Positions 59,724 through 64,000 of a DNA stretch of 64,000 nucleotides are shown piece after piece. The stretch is from a virus (taxonomy: Duplodnaviria > Caudoviricetes). A model generated the notes under the pieces. It ran no database searches, was not told the DNA's origin, and saw nothing but the letters and a program-made list of their open reading frames with translations. Numbering within the stretch: position 1 is the first letter of the stretch; each line of letters opens with the position of its first letter. The stretch lies in the IMG/VR virus record IMGVR_UViG_3300035208_002115; one strand, written 5' to 3'. A program made the translations under genes and the position numbers.

Positions 59724-60624
59724 AACTTTTTTATTTTTTATTAAAGAGAATAATACACATATTAATGAATATAAAAACGTTGGAGTTGTATATCATATAG
59801 TTGACATAGAGAAACTTTTTTATATATTAAGAAACAATAAGATATCTTCAAAATCATTCTCAAATATATCAACAACCAGAGATAAAATGATGGGTGGTTA
59901 TATAGGTGGTTCTCCGACATCAGTTTTTAAATTGGAATTAGACGGTGATGCTTTATCACATAAATATAAAATTAAACCGTTTTCTTATATAAGCAATACA
60001 AATATATATTTTGATGAAAAAGAAGAACAAATAAAAACTCAGGAAATAAAAGATATAAAAAAATATATTAATAAAATCATAATCAGTAAGAATAGATTAG
60101 ATGATTTAAAACAAAGTGGTTGGTTCACGACTGATGGTGGACATGTTGATGGTAAAGGTCGAATACCGTTCCCAGAGATATTCAAAGAATTAATCGATTT
60201 AATAAAAGAAGACGGATTATATGATAAATTATATATTCAAGATGGTTCGATTATCAAGAAAGATGATGTTTATATTCAATCGGTGTTGAATTATTTTTTA
60301 TTAAAAATATATCACGGGTATTGTTATTATATGAGAGGATATAAAGAAGGTATACATCAAGAATTAGGTTTGAAAGTTATGTTAGATGATATCTTACCTA
60401 TTGATGAACGAAATAAAAAGATTGAAAAATTAGTAATTGGATATGATTATGAAAATATGTGGCTACATAAAAAATCATACCCAATGGATGTTAAACTGAA
60501 AGATGGTTATTCTTTATACGAATTTGATTTTAAGTATGAATTAGAAGATATTATATCTGAAGATGTTAATTTCGTCTTTGTTAAAAATACACACCTAAAA
60601 CATATTGGTAAATTAAAAGGTTAA
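59716..60624 (+). CDS. CTS-tagged ART-fold-like protein (similar to 44607-45188)
   Basis: MLKTFLFFIKE; VYH......IL, ISTTRD, LDG..LS..YKIKPF, E.EEQI. Confidence 0.5.
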   Translation: MLKTFLFFIKENNTHINEYKNVGVVYHIVDIEKLFYILRNNKISSKSFSNISTTRDKMMGGYIGGSPTSVFKLELDGDALSHKYKIKPFSYISNTNIYFDEKEEQIKTQEIKDIKKYINKIIISKNRLDDLKQSGWFTTDGGHVDGKGRIPFPEIFKELIDLIKEDGLYDKLYIQDGSIIKKDDVYIQSVLNYFLLKIYHGYCYYMRGYKEGIHQELGLKVMLDDILPIDERNKKIEKLVIGYDYENMWLHKKSYPMDVKLKDGYSLYEFDFKYELEDIISEDVNFVFVKNTHLKHIGKLKG

Positions 60625-60626
60625 CA

Positions 60627-60977
60627 ATGAAAAAATATTTAATAATAATATTTTTATTTTTATTTACTATTAGTTATTCTCAGCGAATATACAGGACGGA
60701 GTATAAAGATAGCGCACAATATTGTATATATGAAAGTGTGTTTAAGAGTGATAGCACCTATTCTATATATGTAGTTAAGGATACTATTGAATTTATAGGC
60801 CAAGGTAACTGGTATTTTGTGACAGATAAAAATCAGGCCGATTTTATATTATATTTCACCGATTATAAATCGGAAGCCCAATTTAGAGTGTATTATGTCA
60901 GTAATCGTTTTCAGATAAACGAAAAAGAGACGGTTATTATTAAAAAGAAATTTTTTAAAAGATTTTTTAAATTGTAA
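60627..60977 (+). CDS. exported Bacteroidota-type small protein (DUF6150-like)
   Basis: Signal peptide ending YSQ; repeats ..Y...A...VY.V, G.WYFV....ADF..YF. Confidence 0.5.
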   Translation: MKKYLIIIFLFLFTISYSQRIYRTEYKDSAQYCIYESVFKSDSTYSIYVVKDTIEFIGQGNWYFVTDKNQADFILYFTDYKSEAQFRVYYVSNRFQINEKETVIIKKKFFKRFFKL

Positions 60978-61317
60978 CAGAATTAAAAAAATCTTGCATT
61001 TCTTTTACACCCCCGATAAGTATAAAATTCCCCTTTAATGTTAGTTTTTGAAATTCAGATGAATTTATATCTACAAATTTGTAATCATCTTCAGTATGTG
61101 AAACAAATTGTTCTGTTACTTTCATCAAAGTAACTATGTTTTCACTAATAGATGAAGTAAATTTTGTGTTGATTAACGATTTTAACTTTTTTTGTTCTTT
61201 CTTTAACTGGTCGGAATATTTTATTCCGTTTTTTCTTAATGTAATCTCATCTATTTTCTGAAATTGACTGTAATTTGTGGATGCCAAAGGGGATTTTGAA
61301 AACATACCAGCTTTCAT
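60967..61317 (-). CDS. hypothetical protein
   Basis: ORF track; TAACTTTG (-7 element) at 61347-354 on the minus strand. Confidence 0.65.
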   Translation of the reverse strand: MKAGMFSKSPLASTNYSQFQKIDEITLRKNGIKYSDQLKKEQKKLKSLINTKFTSSISENIVTLMKVTEQFVSHTEDDYKFVDINSSEFQKLTLKGNFILIGGVKEMQDFFNSVTI

Positions 61318-61393
61318 TACTTAGATTTAGATTAATAATAAACAGACAAAGTTATTAAAAAATAATATATTAACAAATATTTTAACAAATATT

Positions 61394-61678
61394 TTAATCT
61401 TCTTTAAAAATATCTCTAATTTTACTTCTTCGGGCTAATTTAAGAGCATCTTTTTCCCAATCCACCTTATCTTTATAGTGTTTGCCGTTTATATAATATT
61501 GATTAGTTCCAGTATTTTTGTGGTATAATATAGCAGCATCAAAAATATTATGATATTCACCGTTAAATTTGGATTCTATTCTATCTGTAAATCTTATTTT
61601 TATTATCTTATTTTGATAATCTTCAAAAAACCATTCATCTAATTTATACTTCTCTATTTGATGTTGTTCAAGACTCAT
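61394..61678 (-). CDS. hypothetical protein with RxxK tail
   Basis: G..H....AA.......YYING; ends ARRSKIRDIF. Confidence 0.7.
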   Translation of the reverse strand: MSLEQHQIEKYKLDEWFFEDYQNKIIKIRFTDRIESKFNGEYHNIFDAAILYHKNTGTNQYYINGKHYKDKVDWEKDALKLARRSKIRDIFKED

Positions 61679-61891
61679 TTAAAAAGTTATTTGATTTGTG
61701 AAAGCAGTGATTAATTTATTAATAAATGTGCCAGCTATATGTCCATAGAAAGCTGGAAACAGTAACAAAGATAAAATAAATAAAAATAAAAATATTTTAA
61801 ATTTATTCTTATTAAATATTTTCAATAAATTGGGTTTATCGAATGACTTGTTCATTCGTTCTTTTTGATATTTTAATCTTTGGTCATCCAT
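61679..61891 (-). CDS. small membrane protein
   Basis: One TM segment. Confidence 0.65.
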   Translation of the reverse strand: MDDQRLKYQKERMNKSFDKPNLLKIFNKNKFKIFLFLFILSLLLFPAFYGHIAGTFINKLITAFTNQITF

Positions 61892-61907
61892 TGTAACTAT
61901 TTTTATG

Positions 61908-61935
61908 TTTATATATTTCTAAATGTAAATTGTTT
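61908..61935 (-). promoter_or_regulatory. AAAC-N18-TATAAA motif
   Basis: Reverse-complement match upstream of 61891. Confidence 0.5.
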
Positions 61936-62022
61936 TATTTATAGAGCAACAATCTCAATTCTTTGTAGATATTTTTTAATATATACAAAAGAAATTGTTC
62001 TATAAAAATATTTATATTTTTC

Positions 62023-64000
62023 ATGAGAGATATATGGAATCCAAAATACGAGTGGACACAGAATCCTAAATATACTGGGAAAGTAGTTTTAAATCTTAAA
62101 GAAACTGGGGTTATTTATAATAATTCTGGAAGTTCAGATATTCAAATTGCTTTACCAGATAATATTATTAATGATTTTTGTCGTGTAGAGGATAAAATAT
62201 ATTTAGCAACAAATAGTGGTATTTGTATTTTAGATGTTTCAACAAATAGTGGACTTACAGTTATTGATACATCATACACACCATCTGAAGGTAGTGGGTT
62301 AACATCAAATATAATTTATGCAGTAACAATTGATGAATTAAATGGGATTCTTTATGCTACTACAAGTACTTGTATATGGAGATGGAATTTAATAACAGAT
62401 ACGGGAAAAAGAATAGATGATACATATATTCCAGATTATGGAAATTCACCTCCAAGTGGTATTGCATATAGTAAATGTAATATTTTACACTTTAGGACAG
62501 CTTTAAATCATGATATATTTTATTTTGGATATGAAACGTTGGGGTTTTGGGAATGGGATGTCACTATTGACCAAGGTAAACTAATAGATGTGACAACTCC
62601 TGTTATATTTGGTGTTAAACTAATATCAAACGAGGTATTTCAAATAGCAGCCGATAAAGAATCTGAACTGATTTATGTTGCTACACCATTAGGTGTGTGG
62701 AGATGGAGAAGAACTAATAATGAAGGTGTTACTTTTAGTGCTGGATATACACCAACTACTGGTGACTTATATCCTGTTGGTAATACAAGAACCGTTTTTT
62801 ACGATGATATTCATAATATTTTATATGTTGGATTTGATAATAATGGGTTTTGGGTTTTAGATACTCAATATAACACAGGAACACATTATAGCACATCAAC
62901 ACCTTTCACAACAAATAGTGTAGAATTACCAAGTGATAATGTATCAAAAATTTATAAAGATATTATTAATAAAACATTATATACCACATCTTTAACAAAT
63001 GGAGTTTGGTCATTTAATACTGAAACTGGTGCTGGTAGAATTTTTAATTCGATATCGGGTGTTACTTATGGTAATAATTTACCAAGTGAGGTAGTTTCGA
63101 GTTTCTTAGTGACTGGAGAATATAGATTATTATACATTGGTAATGAACTTGGATTATGGAAATTTAATTATGATGTGGAATATTACGATGCTATTTTAGG
63201 TGGTGAAATTGTAAGGGTGAATAGAGAACAGTTGTGGAACGTTGATGAATTATCTGACGTATATTTTAGAATTCAAAAATGTATATCTGGTGTTTCTTTC
63301 ACATATGTTGATAATCTTCAAGATGTCTATCGTTTTGGTGTTTTAACAAATGACGATGCCGATTCATTATTTAATATGTATAATGAATATGAAATAATGA
63401 ATAAATTCATCAAGAATTATATACAAATTGATGTAGCATCTAATTCCAATATTGACTTAAATTTGCCCCAACATGCAATAGATGATGTTGTATTGAAAGA
63501 AAATCATTTAGTTTTATTAAAAGACCAAGATAATGTATATACTAATAATATTTATAAAGTTAATGAAAAAAATTATTTAATACTGACTGATTATTTATCA
63601 ACAAGGGAAAAGTCGGATAGATTTAAAGCTTATGTTAAACTGGGGGAAGTAAATAAAAATAAACAATATTTTTTACTACCAGATGCTGATGATATATTTC
63701 CTATATCTGGTGAAGCTAAAGTTTTTGATGCTCGACATTCTTATATTTTAAAACATAGAACTTGTTATGATATCGATACAATTCCAACAAATACAGGGAA
63801 TACTCATAAATTAGTATTTGCTGATTATGATGTTGCACGACTTATGAACCATAAAAATTTCGAGCTGTATAATAATTTCGTGATGCCTTTAAGTACATTA
63901 AGTACAGGAAGTACATTTGACATAGAACGATATACTAAAAAATATTCTATAAAGTTTTCATCAACATATAACCCATTTGATGATTATCTTAAACACACAA
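62023..64000 (+). CDS. large virion protein (5' part, runs off the window): beta-propeller repeats plus tail-fibre-like segment
   Basis: Not in the ORF track; MRDIWNP...LPDNIINDF...IYLATNSG, LTSNIIY, LPSDNV repeats, later ID.V.L.....VLLKDQ.....N.IY; TAATATATA at 61977. Confidence 0.7.
   Translation, partial: MRDIWNPKYEWTQNPKYTGKVVLNLKETGVIYNNSGSSDIQIALPDNIINDFCRVEDKIYLATNSGICILDVSTNSGLTVIDTSYTPSEGSGLTSNIIYAVTIDELNGILYATTSTCIWRWNLITDTGKRIDDTYIPDYGNSPPSGIAYSKCNILHFRTALNHDIFYFGYETLGFWEWDVTIDQGKLIDVTTPVIFGVKLISNEVFQIAADKESELIYVATPLGVWRWRRTNNEGVTFSAGYTPTTGDLYPVGNTRTVFYDDIHNILYVGFDNNGFWVLDTQYNTGTHYSTSTPFTTNSVELPSDNVSKIYKDIINKTLYTTSLTNGVWSFNTETGAGRIFNSISGVTYGNNLPSEVVSSFLVTGEYRLLYIGNELGLWKFNYDVEYYDAILGGEIVRVNREQLWNVDELSDVYFRIQKCISGVSFTYVDNLQDVYRFGVLTNDDADSLFNMYNEYEIMNKFIKNYIQIDVASNSNIDLNLPQHAIDDVVLKENHLVLLKDQDNVYTNNIYKVNEKNYLILTDYLSTREKSDRFKAYVKLGEVNKNKQYFLLPDADDIFPISGEAKVFDARHSYILKHRTCYDIDTIPTNTGNTHKLVFADYDVARLMNHKNFELYNNFVMPLSTLSTGSTFDIERYTKKYSIKFSSTYNPFDDYLKHT

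Noticed and set aside
1-64000. TAG or TGA stop-codon reassignment (as in Lak/crAss-like phages)
   Set aside because: Long structural and enzyme genes are intact in code 11; the few TAG stops seen (3602, 35117, 51603) do not break recognisable conserved genes
1-64000. CRISPR array, rRNA, integrase or IS element
   Set aside because: No regularly spaced repeats or transposase/integrase motifs; the repeats seen are coding (5802, FKKGNIPWN copies near 7376/7536, ~56680) or very short

Overview
Very AT-rich, densely coding (genetic code 11) segment of a large T4-like (myovirus) jumbo/mega-phage genome. The host is most likely a Bacteroidota member: TAnnTTTG -7 promoters, no Shine-Dalgarno sites, Bacteroidota-type lipoprotein and TonB-box-like proteins. 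Recognisable genes include a gp32-like SSB, a gp6-like baseplate wedge, a tail tube/completion-like protein, tail-fibre-like proteins, thyA, phoH, ribosomal protein S1, an HD-CoaD fusion, NADAR, three glycosyltransferases, a radical SAM enzyme, a CheY-like receiver, two peptidoglycan hydrolases, three free-standing homing endonucleases and a dNMP kinase broken inside its P-loop. Main unexplained structure: (1) a boxA-preceded tRNA scaffold whose anticodon loop is replaced by a 118-nt multi-hairpin domain; (2) two mutually exclusive peptide tags, an N-terminal T4 capsid-targeting-like motif on about 17 late proteins (many ADP-ribosyltransferase-like) and a C-terminal R-x-x-K-[IL]-x-x-[IL] tail on about 20 unrelated small proteins; (3) a GNAT-ParB-ART-CCA polyprotein with protease-site-like linkers; (4) a possible 8-nt ribosomal hop in the dNMP kinase; (5) three promoter classes, including AAAC-N18-TATAA; (6) two further candidate structured RNAs. 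All assignments come from reading motifs by eye; no searches were run.
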